The notes under the pieces were generated by a model. The model had not been told where the DNA came from. It saw only the letters and a program-made list of their open reading frames with translations, and did not search any database. A program made the position numbers and the translations under genes. Positions 1 through 18,372 of a DNA stretch of 64,000 nucleotides are shown here, one piece after another; the stretch's first letter is position 1; every line of letters begins with the position of its first letter. The stretch comes from Octopus vulgaris (lineage: Eukaryota), in contig OX597835.1 of NCBI GenBank assembly GCA_951406725.2, forward strand, positions 31,620,001 to 31,684,000, written 5' to 3'.

Positions 1-654
1 CGTAGTCAGACGAAATACTGCTAAGCGTCTGGACCGGCGTGCTAACGATTCTGTCAGCTCGCAGTCTTAACAAAAACAAAAACAACAACATTAATGCTTT
101 CTACAAAAGGTATATGGCCCGAAATTTGTGGGGAGGGGGTAGGGTAGTCAATTAAGTCGACCCCAGTGTTTTACTGGTACTTAATCTTTATTCTCATTAT
201 TTGTAGTTTATGGACACTCCTCTGTACTGTAGAATATCACATTATATATATAAAATATACAATAACCCCAATCACAAAAATGAGTATCGTAAAGAGAACA
301 TCATTTAGTATCTTTGATAAATTAAAAACAATATTGAAAGCCTCAGTAAGAGTCAAGATTCGTTTACAGTTTATTTTGCAACTCGATGCTCTGCTCTACA
401 CCATCCAGCAATTCCTGTATGCTCTTCCTCTCATTCACTTAGTCCAGAGGTGGATTTTGTCATAGAGGTGGATTTTGTCTTAGAGGTGGGCTTTGTCTAC
501 ATCGTGCTACGAGGTGATGCATCACTTAGATGCATCACTTAGAGTTTCATCACTTGTTCTTTCGAGAGCAGTTGGGAAACTCTCCCTGTTCTGCGAAACG
601 AAGCAACGTATTTTCCTTCCTGCACGTTGATGGATAAATTTCTATCAGCTTTAT

Positions 655-834
655 TCTTTTACTCTTTTACTTGTTTCAGTAATTTGACTGCGGCCATGCT
701 GGAGCACCACCTTTTAGTCGAATCAAATCGACTCCAGGACTTATTCTATGTAAGCCTAGTACTTATTCTATCGGTCACTTTTGCCGAAGCGATGTTGGGG
801 GGACAAACACAGATACACACACACACACACACAA

Positions 835-871
<37 letters not shown>

Positions 872-1050
872 GATATATATATATATATACGACGGGCTTC
901 TTTCAGTTTCCGTCTACCAAATCACATGGCTTTGGTCGGCCCGAGGCTATAGTAGAAGACACTTGCCCAATGTGCCACGCAGTGGGACTGATCCCGGAAC
1001 CATGTGCTTCGTAAGCAAAGGTACTTACCACACAGCCACTCCTGCGGCTA
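655..1050 (-). mobile_element. tRNA-derived SINE family B with internal (TA)/(TG) tract
   Basis: Head gcaggagtggctgtgtggtaag, core ttgggcaagtgtctt, tail ctccagcatggccgcagtca..ctgaaacaagtaaaagag. Confidence 0.85.
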
Positions 1051-1890
1051 TGGATATCTAAACATCTTTTAGATTAGTATCACTAGCGAAAACAAAATGT
1101 GTGTTACTGATATTGTCTGCGACGTGTAACTTTGTATTCCTATGTGAATTTAGTGTATTCATAGTTGCTTTATTTTAATTTTCCTCTTGTTTTTTTCTTT
1201 CAGCATTCTGTTTTTGAATTAGTTTTCGCATTTTCAGAGTCCATTTATTTTGAGGAGGCGTATCCAGTTTGTGCTCCCATTCTTGTAAGAATCTCACTCC
1301 TATTGTTCTACTAGTAGAAGAAGCCGTATTGCACAGCTCGTAATGAAAAAAAGAGAAAAGAAAACGGTTAAAATAAAACAATGTCTAAAAAATGGATCTT
1401 CTGTTTATCTCAGATATCGGGTTTTACGTCCACACGTTTCGAAGGTTCTTGTTTGCAAAAAAAAAAAACTTTGTAAAAGTTTATCCAGTAAAAATTGGTA
1501 ATAATCTAACATTCTGCCAGTAGTTTCTATAGGTGTGCGTATGCTTCTAAACACAAAATACAACTACAACAGCAACAACAACTCTAACACTATTAATGAT
1601 AATAATGATGACGATGATGATCATGATCATGATGATTATGATATGATAACGACAAGAACAATAAGAATTAGTGATATAAATTACCAGGATAACACAAATA
1701 TAATAATACAAAAGATAGAGAACACAAATATATAACGTATGACAGCAAATAATGGTTTCCAACTTTGGTACAAGGCTAGCAATTTCAGGCGAGAAGGTAA
1801 CCCCTGCGCTCAACTGATGCGTATTTTGTCGACACCAAGAAGATGAAAGGCATAGTCGACCTCAGCGGTGCTGCTGCTGCTGCTGTGGTG

Positions 1891-1941
<51 letters not shown>

Positions 1942-1954
1942 ATAATAATAATGA

Positions 1955-2668
1955 TACTTTCATTATTGACCACCAGGGCCAAATACAAAATATAGAGGAC
2001 GATACGCAGGCGAGGGACAGTGAGGTTAAAGTGTAAACAGCAAGACAAAACAATTGACAACTAACAATATATAATTCCTCAATTGGTGGAAGATCCACCG
2101 AGAGGTGACCAATGCAAACTCACCCACTTTGGGCCCCTAACACCAAAGCACCTCAGGTAGGGACCCCCTCCTCATGCTATCCGACCTACAAGCACACACT
2201 TAGAGTAGGCTCATTCAGATGGGCCTTCCTCGCTTACATTCCCCGAATTTCGACAAACTTACCGGGTGACAGCATCTCCCTTTCCAGTCTCACCTCCCTT
2301 GTCAGGTGGAACCTGAAAAAGTTAATGAGGCCTTGACCAAAGAGGAAGGTACTCGTCTTCAACCCTTTCAATCGCGTCCATCGTACAACTTCGTTCATAA
2401 TAGCCATCAAACAGAGAAAAACTGCTTTTCTTTCCTGGCCAAAGGAAGGAGGCGGAGCAATTTTCGCGATGGAATGAGACGATAGCTGGATCCGTCCTAC
2501 ATGTGACAATAACTGTTTGACGAAGCCCCACAGGTTAGCAATGAACGGACACTGTACTTGTGCATGCAGAATGATTTCCTTGCTCCCCAAGCTCCCCAAG
2601 GCGTCTGACAGCACATTCGTGCCCTTCGGTAGCACTGCCAGGCCAGATATTTTTGGATATTATCCATG
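1955..2668 (-). mobile_element. Related Tx1-like LINE 3' fragment between (AAT)n tracts
   Basis: HAQVQCPFIANLW..WTRLKGL..GQGLINFF.. homologous to 46140-46560, but with a different 3' UTR. Confidence 0.75.
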
Positions 2669-2669
2669 C

Positions 2670-3413
<744 letters not shown>

Positions 3414-4271
3414 AAAGAATGCAATCAAAGACCTAAATATATTGGGAGAAAGAGAAATCTATATAAACAAAATGGAATATATTGAGCAATAAACAAACAA
3501 AAAAAATGCTAGGGAAACAGTTAAGCTAAAGAGCAACTTGAATATTCATGTTGTTTGAATTGCTGAAGATTTTGACTGTAGAGCGTGACTCGATGACATG
3601 AAATTGTTCTCCGAATCACGTTAATGTTTTCATAAGAAATAAGGATGACAGTTTGTTGTCTTTATGATCTGAGTTCAAATTTTGTCGAGGTCGGCTTTTC
3701 TTTTTAGCCTTTCGGGCCGTTAATCTACATAACATTTACACGGGAGCTAACAACATTTCGAAGCGACGTTTCGATTCAGTTGTGCTCTCCATTACTGAAA
3801 CCAACCTCAACTCATACGACCTTAAGCCACAAAAAGCTGTCCAAATTTATTACGTAAATTTCTTAATGTAAATAAATTAGGCACATGTATGAATTGTTAA
3901 ATATGTATTTATAATATACTTTTCATCTGCTGTCGTTTTATATTCTTGATGCACTCATACAATAATTAATGAGTTTGTATGTGTGTATGTTTGTGTAGAT
4001 GTGTACGATTGTAATAATTATCTGTAACACAGCAGATAGAATATGGATGGTAAATCAAATTAAAACACTTGTCAATGTTATATAGTGGTCATCTTTTGAG
4101 ATGTTATATCAATCATCGTTTGTTACCGAAAGAACCCTGGCTCACACTTACAAACATTTACACACTTCACTTGTACAGGAACACACATACACACGTATAC
4201 TTACACAGAGATGAAACACTCTTTGACTTTTCACTTCAGCGTTGAATATAAACGATTTCCCTTCCATTGCC

Positions 4272-4314
<43 letters not shown>

Positions 4315-4771
4315 TCACATACATCCCTTTTACATATACACACATATACACATACAGAGTTGAAACACTGATATTTTCAGCGAAGAATTTCCATCATCCC
4401 GCTACCAAGTATGATATCACACCTTCCTTCCTTTCTCATTCATGTGTTGAGACGGAGAAAAACACAAGAGTATTATTATAGTAGATACTGGCGTTAGTAA
4501 AAAAATTCGGAGTCCCAAGCAGTCGTGTTATAAACAAATATGAGGTTGCCTCGATGTCTCCGCAACAGTATAGTTATATAACACAGAGGTGATAAATAAC
4601 CAAACCTAGGGAAAGCGTTTGTTAGCTGACATCATCCGTAGAAGGGTTAATTTCTATGATATTAAACCCATTAGATTTCACCTGGACAATTTATTATTGC
4701 TGCTGGGAGCTGGCGCACCAATTGTCGTGAAGTCGGTTGTAGAGTCACATAGGTCATAAGTCGACTATGAC

Positions 4772-4804
<33 letters not shown>

Positions 4805-5285
4805 CATACAAACACATACAATAGCGCCACACACATGCATACACATATACACTTACACACACGAATAAACATGCATACATGCTCACTCACACACACGGGC
4901 ACATACATACACATAAAAGTTGGACTTTCAATTTCCGTTCTACAAAATCTACTCATAAGGATTTGGTGGGCTCTTGGTCATAGAAGAAGTGACTTGCCTT
5001 TTGTTCCCTGAAGCAGAGAACCGAACCCGAAACCACATAGTACAGAAGTAAAATCATTCAGTACACAGTCCTTCATGCTGTATATCACCGACATAATGTT
5101 CAATATATATTATTGTACTGGACATCACGTTATGAAGTGTTTTTTCACTTCAATGAAATAAAATCACGTCTGTGTGAAATATCCATTACCTAACTATATA
5201 TACACACACTCACACATACATATACACAAACACACACACACACTCACACACGCACATATATATATATATATAGATAGATAGATAC

Positions 5286-5317
<32 letters not shown>

Positions 5318-5677
5318 CTATGAGAGTGAGTATGTACATATATAAATATTACGTATGCATTTGTGTTAGACATTATGTTTCTGTGTGTGTATATACGTAT
5401 ATATGCACATACTTACCTGCCAAGTTACATACATTCATATATGTATACACATATGCAGACAGAATAGCAATATTTGAATGAATCATCCATAAACAGAATG
5501 AACAATTTGACCTTTGTAAATCTGTGTGGTTTCGTCAGACACTGATCAAAATTATTGACTCCAGAGTGGAAAAGATATATAGAATGCGTCTGTAGCATTT
5601 ATGTCTCTGCCAAATATATTAGCTCTGTGTGAAAGTGGGGATTATTACGTCCACACTTAATATACACACATCTATCC

Positions 5678-5679
<2 letters not shown>

Positions 5680-5721
<42 letters not shown>

Positions 5722-5985
5722 ATATATACACACACACGCACATGTACGTATATATAGAGATCATATATAAATATATGTGTGTGTGTGTTTGTGTGTGTAT
5801 CTTATGTATATACATACGTACTTATATATGTATATATATATGCACATATATACATAAACATATATATATCTGTGTATGTATATGTACGTGTGGATATATA
5901 TATATATATATACATATATATCTGTGTATGTATATGTACGTGTGGATATATATATATATATATATACATACATATATATACATAT

Positions 5986-6055
<70 letters not shown>
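5680..6055. repeat. Compound (TA)n microsatellite, representative of dozens in the window
   Basis: Direct reading. Confidence 0.95.
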
Positions 6056-6825
6056 GTAAATATACTGAACTAAAGTTATAATATTTGTCCACTTACTTTG
6101 GAGCATCGTATGTCGAACGTGGCTGTATAAATTATATTTGGTATCACTTAGTTCCATAATTCAAAAGATATTCAACACTACGTATTCTCATCGGAATCGC
6201 CAAGTCCATTTACCAAGGAAAAAAAAAAAAAGATAAAGCAAAAACCCACAAACAACAAAAAACAACCAGAACAATATCGACGTATCTTCGCTCTGTGATG
6301 ATTTTCATATAATTTTCCAAATTTGTTTATTTAGTCTGAATTCGTTTTTTTTATTTTACCTCTATAACTTTTGTGCAAAGTGTAAATTCCTGACTAAACA
6401 GATCTAATTATGAAAAAACTATAGACGAAATACCCTAAACTTTTGTTATGGTAATTAGTACGTCGGTTCATTATATCATATAATAGCATTCTGTGCCGGA
6501 GTAATGTGTTCTTCTTTTGTGTTCGTTACGATCTCTCACAAAATTACGTTTGTATTTTCCTAAGGAAACAATAGTAGATAAATAACTTTAACCTTATCAA
6601 CGCATTGAATATCATAATATTTTATAAGGATATTTACGGAGGAGAAAAAGAGAAAAGTATAAATAAAAGTAAACACTGGACCACGCAGCAATTTTAACGG
6701 ATGTTCAAACTATATTGGGAGTAAATAAGAAATGAAACAATTGAACGTTATCAAGAAGCACAATGGGACAGTGAGAAGATATGTTTTTTTAAAATATGGA
6801 TCTGCTCCGTAAGCAGGGATCACAT

Positions 6826-8920
<2,095 letters not shown>

Positions 8921-9979
8921 CACCACAACCTTCTCTCATTCTTTCCTCCTGCATCTTGCAGCTCACCTGCGACGGACCGGCGTCCCGTCCGGGTGGGGGA
9001 CCTATACGCCAAAGCAACAGGGAAACTGGCCCTTATGAGCTAGGCGTGGCCCGAGAATGAACCAACTTATTTGTAAAGCTCGATACTTATTCTATTGGAT
9101 ACTTTTGCCGAATCGTTAAATTACGGGGACGTAAACACACTAGCACCGGTTGTTCAGCGGTGGTAGGGGACAACCATAGACACAAAGACACACACGCACA
9201 TACTACGAGCTACTTTCAATTTTCGTATGCCAAATCCACTCACAAGGCTTATAAACCCGGCTCTCTTGTAAAAGGCACAGACCTATGGTGCCACGCAGTG
9301 GGACTGAACCTAGAGCTATCTGGTTACAAACTGAGAGTATACCGTATAAGCCATTTCCTCTGTATTGATTGACTAAAAACTAGTAACAATGTATAGCGCC
9401 CTCCTAATTATAGGAGTAGACAATGGTGTATCACAGTAAACGGTAGAAGACAAATGTGTCAGAACTACCGTAAGTAAATACCAATTTAATTAAAGCTGAC
9501 AACATTAAGTTGGATATGTACACGGAAATGAGAAAATCCAAAAAGAACCACAGACAGGAACATTTAAGTGTAAAAGAAACTGATTAGATATACACAGATA
9601 AGCGAATGAGAAATTTTTAAAACAAATAGTACGTAGTGAAATTAGATAAATATTTAAAAGAAAAAAAAATGCTAAAGTCAATGCTTAGTACCACCAATAT
9701 TATATAGGGCAGCTTCGGTATTTATTCTGTTTATTGTCGGAAGTGAATTAAAGCGTTTAGACAGAAACAGCTGTAAGTACAGCTTTTAAAATAAATCAAC
9801 TGTGCGCTGAAATAAATCATATACACCTACTTTGGTCACAGAGAGGAACGGGTTTCAAACAATAGAGTCCTACGCATTAACCAGAGTGAGGTAACGCAAT
9901 TTAATTAAGAGGACAGGAAGTTCTTGGTGTATCAAGGAAAATCGATGAAAAAAAATGAAAGAAAAAATTAATTGTGATT

Positions 9980-10400
9980 ATGGCTGTGTGGTTAAGAAGA
10001 TCGTTCTGAAGCCTTGTGCTTTCGTTTTCAGTTCCATTATGTGACACCTTCGACATATTTCTTTTTTACTATAGCCCCAGGCCAAATGATACACTGTGAG
10101 TGAACCTAGTGGACGGAAATTGTGTGGAAGCCCTCCTATGCGTGTGCGTATGCGTGTGTGTGCGTCGTGCGTATGTACGTGTGTGTGTGTGTGTGTTACT
10201 GCCTGTGATTGTTTCCAGCACCTACCAAACGCAGTTGGTTTCTTTACATCTCTGTAAATATTTCTAGAATAAGTACCAAACTTAAGAAAAGGTACGTAGG
10301 CATTTGGTTCGATTCATTCTTCTAAGTCCTTACAATGTAGTGCTCCAGTATGGCCGCAGTCCAGTGCCAATGACTGAAACAAGATAAAAGACAAAAGGTA
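9980..10400 (+). mobile_element. Old SINE family B copy (others at 4900-5070 and 9075-9360, minus strand)
   Basis: Diverged match to head, core and tail. Confidence 0.7.
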
Positions 10401-10673
10401 AGTGTTTGTGTTATACGGATTTTATGGTATAAGCAGCTCGATAATATAAAACATTATTGATATCACATACTTAATGTATATGTATGGTCAAACGGTGCAA
10501 ATTCGCGATATTTCGTCTTAGAGAGATCGCTTTTAAAATGTGTTGTCAGTGTGTATGTGTGTGTGTGTGGGGGGGAGCATAAGTCGAAGGCAGGCGAGGC
10601 GAAATCGTTCTAGAAGATAAAAGAAAATAAACATGGAGGTTTGAAACTAACAAGGATAGAAAAAACATAGTTT

Positions 10674-11092
10674 GGATCTTTTCGGTTTGAACGGCAGTTT
10701 TTAACATAATTTCTAGGTAACTAAAAAAATTTAAACTTCGTATACTGGTAGAATGTGTTTATAAAACATCTTTTTCTCTTGGCTTTATTGAGAAAATTCT
10801 ATAGTTTGTAAGATATTTGTCGGGTTTTTTTCTTCAATTTCTGCAATTTCAACCAATCAATGACGTCTATTGAGGTGAAAGCATTCTGTGCCGTATGAAT
10901 ATGTCCCTCGTTTAAGAAACAGATTGGGTTTATTTACATTTGTGAAGAAAAAAAAGATACCCTTCCCCCCACCCCTAACCCTAACCTTAAGACAGATTGA
11001 AATGCAATAGATCGATACTAGGGTCATAATTATGGGGTGACAATTTCATAAGACACCGCTAGAAAAAACTGCCGTTCAAACCGAAAAGATCC
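10674..11092 (+). mobile_element. MITE with 29-bp TIR (GGATCTTTTCGGTTTGAACGGCAGTTTTT) and 8-bp TSD
   Basis: Perfect TIRs; TSD catagttt on both sides; internal CCCTAA repeats. Confidence 0.92.
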
Positions 11093-11468
11093 CATAGTTT
11101 TCATAAGCTCAAAACAATAGAAATGGTGCCGTGGGATCAAGAACGGTAACAACCGCAATTTAAATCTATTATCTGTGAATGATGTCAATATAAATGCAGA
11201 GACGTACATAAATTGAACTGGAGAACTTCGACATCCTACTAAAAATAACATTATAAGGCCTCTAGATACATACTAAATAGACAATCCGTAGAATAATTTA
11301 AACATTCACTTTATAAATAAAATAGCAGTACCAGATACTGCACATCGTAATAGATATCATACATATTCCAAATAGATGGGTTTGAGATGTTTTGATACTG
11401 TCTTTTTGGCGTCGCTAATTCGATGCTGACTTATTTGACATCAGGCGTTTTAATGTTTCTCATTCGAT

Positions 11469-11503
<35 letters not shown>

Positions 11504-11567
11504 AAAGCTGTATAATTCTGCCTCCAATACTAAAATGTACTGTCACCTAAACATGTTGACAATCAAG

Positions 11568-12026
11568 GGATCTTTTCGGTTTGAATGGCAGTTTTTAACA
11601 TAATTTCCACGTAACTAAACACTTTTAAACTTAGTATACTGGTAGAATGTGTTTATAAAACATCTTTTTCTCTTGGCTTTATTGAGAAAATTCTATAGTT
11701 TGTAAGATGTTTGTTGTTATTTTTCTTCAGTTTCTGCAATTTCAACCAATCAGTGACGTCTATTGAGGTAAACAACATTCTGTGCCGTATGAATATGTCC
11801 CTCGTTTAAGAAACAGATTGGGTTTATTTACATTTGTGAAGAAAAAAGATACCCTTCCCCCACCCCTAACCCTAACCCTAACCCTAATCCTAACTAATCC
11901 TAACTAACCCTAACCCCAACCCTAAAAGAGATTGAAATGCAATAGATTGATTCTAGGGTCATAATTATGGGTGACAATTTCATATGACACCGCTAGAAAA
12001 AGCTGCCGTTCAAACCGAAAAGATCC
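11568..12026 (+). mobile_element. Same MITE family, expanded CCCTAA tract
   Basis: TIRs; TSD caatcaag. Confidence 0.92.
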
Positions 12027-12655
12027 CAATCAAGTTAGCCTTGCCAAGTTGTCAGCGTTTAAACACCTTTGCACAATCGTCTCATCACGCTATTCAATAA
12101 CATTCAAATCAGTACGTAGAACAAGTTGCTGCACACGTCTTACTTTCATCAGACTAGCACTAAACGCGGCTGTTACGCATGGTACAAACCAGAAGCACAA
12201 GTAGAAACTGCATCCGCACTTCAAATATTTCCAATACTTTAGCACAGGTAGGCTATGCACACAGAAATTCGTAGAATACGGATAATACTATAAATTAAAC
12301 CAAACACATCAAGCCATAAACAAAAACCTACCCCTATCTAAGGAACATAGAATGGTTCTCGGTTTTTGCAAAGAAAGCATGTATCACAAATACAATAAAA
12401 CTACAAGAATATAAAAACAAACAATAATAGTATTGATAGTGATAATAACTGAATAAACAATAAAATTATCCGTAATATCTTTACAGGTTATAAAACATAT
12501 GTTGGAGAATCATGACATTTGATCATAAAATGGATGGAGGAGCTTAAAATTGCTAAACAACGTCATAATTCTGGTGGAAATTCTTTCATAAATTTTCTTT
12601 TACAATTCACATATTCGTGTTTATATTCTGCTGCCATAAATTTTCCCGAATATAC

Positions 12656-12711
<56 letters not shown>

Positions 12712-12720
<9 letters not shown>

Positions 12721-13530
12721 TAATAAATAAAACATATGCATATATATATACATATATGTACGTACCTACCTCTACATCTATATATACACGCATATATGAG
12801 TACAGGACACCAAAAAAACGTCGAAGACAATGAGAAACGAAAACATAGACACAAACCCAAGGAACTGGACATTTTTCTTAAACAACAAAAAAATAGAGTA
12901 CAGGACAAATAACACAAGGAAAAAGAACCCCTTCTTCAGTCGCCATGGTTTCATCTACTCTACGTTTCGAAGGTGAAGGCGAGATGTATCTTCGATAAGA
13001 AACTTTCCTTCCTGCGAAAAGCAAGTCAAATAAAATTTGAGATCTTTTTGCAGAGGGGTAAACATGGTAACAAAAACAGGACAGTAACGACAGTACAGAA
13101 TATAAGCAGTAAAAGACAGGACAAGGAAAATAACAAGACAAGAGGGGCTGTTAACGCCGAACGAAAAAAAAGTATTACGAACGCTAATTTCTGCAAAAAG
13201 ATCTCAAATTTTATTTGATTTGCTTTTCGCAGGAGGGAAAGTTTCTTATTGAAGATACGTCTCGCCTTCACCTTCTAAACGTAGAGTAGATGAAACCATG
13301 GCGACTGAAGAAGGGATTTTTTCCTTGTGTTATTTGTCCTGTACTCTATTTTTTTGTTGCTTAAGAAAAATGTCCAGTTCCTTGGGTTTGTGTCTATATT
13401 TTGGTTTCTCATTGTGTTCGATGTTTTTTTGGTGTCCTGTACTCATATATGCGTGTATATATAGATTTAGAGGTAGGTACGTACATATATGTATATATAT
13501 ATGCATATGTTTTATTTATTAATATATTAT
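12712..13530. repeat. Inverted repeat with ~340-bp arms (12712-13054 / 13190-13530) and a 135-bp spacer; probable pLTR-only PLE insertion
   Basis: Arms are reverse complements, roughly 95% identical by eye; between (TA)n tracts. Confidence 0.85.
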
Positions 13531-13573
13531 ATGACGGAACGCACGCATCCCATTCTAAGTAAGATTGTTCTTG

Positions 13574-13626
<53 letters not shown>

Positions 13627-13702
13627 TGTGTGTGTTTTATTCTTGGTTAATCTTATGCCCTGAAAAATGAATGTTCATGAATATCTATCTATCTATCTAT
13701 CT

Positions 13703-13806
<104 letters not shown>

Positions 13807-13852
13807 GGAGGCTACAGAGGAAACGCATTTACAAAACTCACATTCCAATGCG

Positions 13853-13883
<31 letters not shown>

Positions 13884-14060
13884 CAATGTATACACATATA
13901 TATATATATGCATGTGTGTGTGTGTGTGCGTGCGTTTTTCTGTGCGCGTATGTATGTATGGGTAAAAATTGCAAAAAAAAACAACAAAAAAGAAAAAGCA
14001 GAGACAAGAGAAGGAGCAACAAACAAATTGTATCAGTTTTACGCTCAACGAAAATGGAAG

Positions 14061-14098
14061 CTTACGACGTTTCGAACCTACGCTCTTCTTCAGAAGGG
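14061..14098 (-). ncRNA. Minimal hammerhead in a pLTR remnant (~13970-14270)
   Basis: Minus strand CTGAAGA-a-GAGC gtag GTTC-GAAA-CG-TC; stem I weak. Confidence 0.6.
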
Positions 14099-14580
14099 AA
14101 TGTGGAGTGACAACAGGTGATGAAGAGAGGGAAAAATACGGGGAGAGATAAAAACGTATCTGGATTAACAGTTGCACATTTTGAACTGACCGGTAGGAAT
14201 GAAGTGATCGGAGACAGGGGTGGGAAGGGTGTCATCTTTAACGTGGCAAAAGCAAAAGTGTGTCTGCATGTGTGTGCATATGAGGATAATATGTTCGTGT
14301 ACACCTATATATATCTATGTACTCACACACGCACTCATAAATATACATATATGTGTGTGTGTGCGTGTGTGTGTGTGAGAGAGAGAGATAGTTTGTCTAA
14401 TGCATAAATATGACGAGCATTGAGTGTAAAAGTATTTGATACATGAGTAGCGTTTAATATTTATTGTAGATTGTTGACAGTAACTCTCAATTTTCGGAGG
14501 TTGTGGTAAAATCAGTCTGCGCCATGTATGACGGCGAATCTTTGGAATTAATGTCCACAATCTACAATATGTACATATGT

Positions 14581-15100
<520 letters not shown>

Positions 15101-16713
15101 AGAAAAAAGATATAAGCCCGTGTATGAGAATGTAGATATATATAGGTGTAAATGAACGCATGATTGTGTATATAAAGTAATCTATTTTACCTTTAGAATT
15201 ATAAAAACGAAACGAGCTTTGGCGCGAATGCGAGCAAAGCTTTGGAGTCAACTCAGAGTTGCTTTTCTTGGTATCTGATGTTGAAGAGAACTAATGAGTG
15301 CGAAATGCATATAGCAATTTAATTGAAGCGCTCTGAGATGAATATGGTGCATTACCACCTTTTTGTCTTTGTTCATAATTCTTTCTGGATCATACATTGT
15401 CATGAAAAACCTTTAGTAGTCTTTATTTTGTATAACTGAAATTATTCAAGTTTTATCCGAATCGAATATGATCGAGAATTCAAGTGGTCGAATGGGGTAT
15501 CTCTGGAGTTATGTTACTCGATAGAGTATGCAGCCCAGAGCTCAGTGACATGTTGTATGAACATCTCGGAAAAAAATAAATCACTGGAGAGGCTTCGTGG
15601 TCAAAACCAACCGGCAGGAAAGCCAGGAGTAGACCACGAGCAACAAGATTGGATTAAGTCCTTGTGTACGGTTTGTTTCGCATGTGGACGCTTGATGCGG
15701 CTGGGTTCATCCTAGATTAGTGTTACCAGCTTAGTTGTTCCAGGTTAGTGGTTATGTTTCACAGAGACGACCAGGTCCACCAGTGTTATCCATCAGTGGC
15801 GGTCAAGTGCCAGCCCTTCTGCATCTACCAAGGTGACATCGATCCTCTGGGGATCTTCGTTAATCGCATCCGGCCATCTGGTGTGGGGACTGCCTCGTGG
15901 CCTCTTCCAGCCCACAGCTGCTGCGTCTAATGTGAGTAAGAACTCGATGGAAGGTGTAACTGAGGAATCTACTCCAACAGTTCTTCCAGGAATTTCTGGG
16001 CGAAGAAGAAGAGTAGGTGTGATATATTTTGGTAACTAAATTTCAAAATTATTACGTAGATAAATCTGTCACTGGCAAAACCAGAACTAAATTCTTTAGA
16101 CCGTTTACACAAAAAGAACATTAGAATACTTGAATATAAATAAGTCTACAAGAAAATCAATACGTAGCCAGCAAGAATTATAACGACATCCTTAACAACG
16201 CCATTGTTGCCGATGAAAATATTAAGGGTGTCTGCTGAATAATTACAACAATAATGTGGTGCATTAGAAAATATGACACGACTCAAGAGAATTATAATAG
16301 TGTAAACGAAGCAAACAGCTACTGATTTTAGTTTTTAATGACCATCTTTGAAATAATAGCAAGAACTCTACCTCTGTTCAAGTTAGTGTCTCTAAAATGG
16401 GAGAAATTCTTCAGAATACATAAATTGCTGCAGTTATATTGACGTACAGATAAGATACTTATTCGCATTGCAATATGAACATGCAGAGTCATTGCATATA
16501 TATATATATGAACTTATTGTAGATTGTTGATATTAATTTCAATGATTCGCCGTCATATATGTTGCAGATTTATTTTAGCACAACCACCGAAAATTGGAAG
16601 GTATGGTCAACAATCTGCAATGCATATTAAACCCCATACCTGTATAAAATTCTACACTCAATGCTCATCATATTTATGAATGCACGCACACACACACCAT
16701 GCACACACACATG

Positions 16714-16757
<44 letters not shown>

Positions 16758-16967
16758 TACATATATATACACACATATATACATATATATATATATATAT
16801 GTATAGATGCGTGTATGAGCGTGTTTGTGTATGCGTTAGAGTACAGAGGTATTTATAGGCATTCACGAACACATTATCCCTTCAGAAGAACCCCATTTAA
16901 GCTACTTATATACCTAGTTGTACCACTATCCTATATTTATATTTATATGTGTTTGTGTATATATATG

Positions 16968-17399
<432 letters not shown>

Positions 17400-17449
17400 A
17401 AATGGTCTCCTTATTCAGTCCGAATATATATATATACACTTACTTATGG

Positions 17450-17760
17450 GGAGGCGCAATCGTCCAATGGTTGGGGCAGCGGACTCGCGATTGTAGGATC
17501 GCGGTTTCGATTCCCAGACCAGGCGTTGTGAGTGTTTATTGAGCGAAAGCACCTAAAGCTCCACGCTTCTCCGGCAGGGGGTCGTCGCGATCCCTCCTGT
17601 ACTCTTTTGCCACAACTTTCTCTTACTCTTTCTTCTGTTGGCCTGCTCGCTTAGGCAATGGGGTGGCGCCATTTGAAGGCTAAAACAATGCGAAGTGCAT
17701 TGTGACCAGCGACGTGTAGTAACATCTGATAGCCTGGTCGGTCACGGTGATCACGGTGAT
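17450..17760 (+). mobile_element. tRNA-derived SINE family C
   Basis: Head ggaggcgcaat..tggtt.gggcagcggactcgcg..ggtttcgattccc; tail (cacggtgat)n. Confidence 0.8.
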
Positions 17761-17971
17761 ATGTATACTTATATATTGATCGATAGATACATACATACAT
17801 ACAGGCATATATGCATTCATGACCACTACAAGCAACACAGATAGGATCTATGCAATATGAAATTATGGGGGCAGATGCATAAGGTCAGTCCTAACAACTA
17901 TTGAATATCGCATTGCATCGCTCAGACATCATCTGCTGCGCAGTAAAGAAAAATGTGTACATTCCAGGTAT

Positions 17972-18372
17972 ACTCTTTTACTTGTTTCAGTCATTTGACT
18001 GCGGCCATGCTGGAGCAACGCCTTTAGTCGAGCAAATCGACCCCAGGACTTATTCTTTGTAAGCCACGTACTTATTCTATCGGTCTCTTTTGCCGAACCG
18101 ATGGGTTACGGTGACGTAAACACACCACCATTGGTTGTCAAGCGATGTTGGTGGGGGGGACAAACACAAACACATAAATACATACACACATACATATATA
18201 CATATATACGACGGGCTTCTTTCAGTTTCCGTCTACCAAATCCACTCACAAAGCTTTGGTTGGCCCGTGGCTATAGTAGAAAACACTTACTCAAAGTGCC
18301 ACGCAGTGAGACTGAACCCGGAACCATGTGGTTGGTAAGCAAGCTACTTACAAAACAGCCACTCCTGCGCCT
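17972..18372 (-). mobile_element. SINE family B
   Basis: Matches family; flanking ggtata duplicated. Confidence 0.85.

Noticed and set aside
446-545. Short direct repeats (agaggtggattttgtc x3, gatgcatcactta x2) as a CRISPR-like array
   Set aside because: Contiguous tandem units with no unique spacers, no cas genes, eukaryotic context
555-607. Hammerhead-like GCAG/CTGC-GAAACG motif
   Set aside because: Core (TTCGAGA) and cleavage triplet are too divergent to call
3415-3600. GIY-YIG relic (C..PKYIG)
   Set aside because: Too short and decayed to support
5742-6157. Many YI/HT/CV/poly-I/poly-N ORFs throughout the track
   Set aside because: They are translations of (TA)n, (CA)n, (AAT)n and (GATA)n microsatellites
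11865-11925. True telomere or chromosome fusion site
   Set aside because: Short tract internal to a TIR/TSD-bounded MITE
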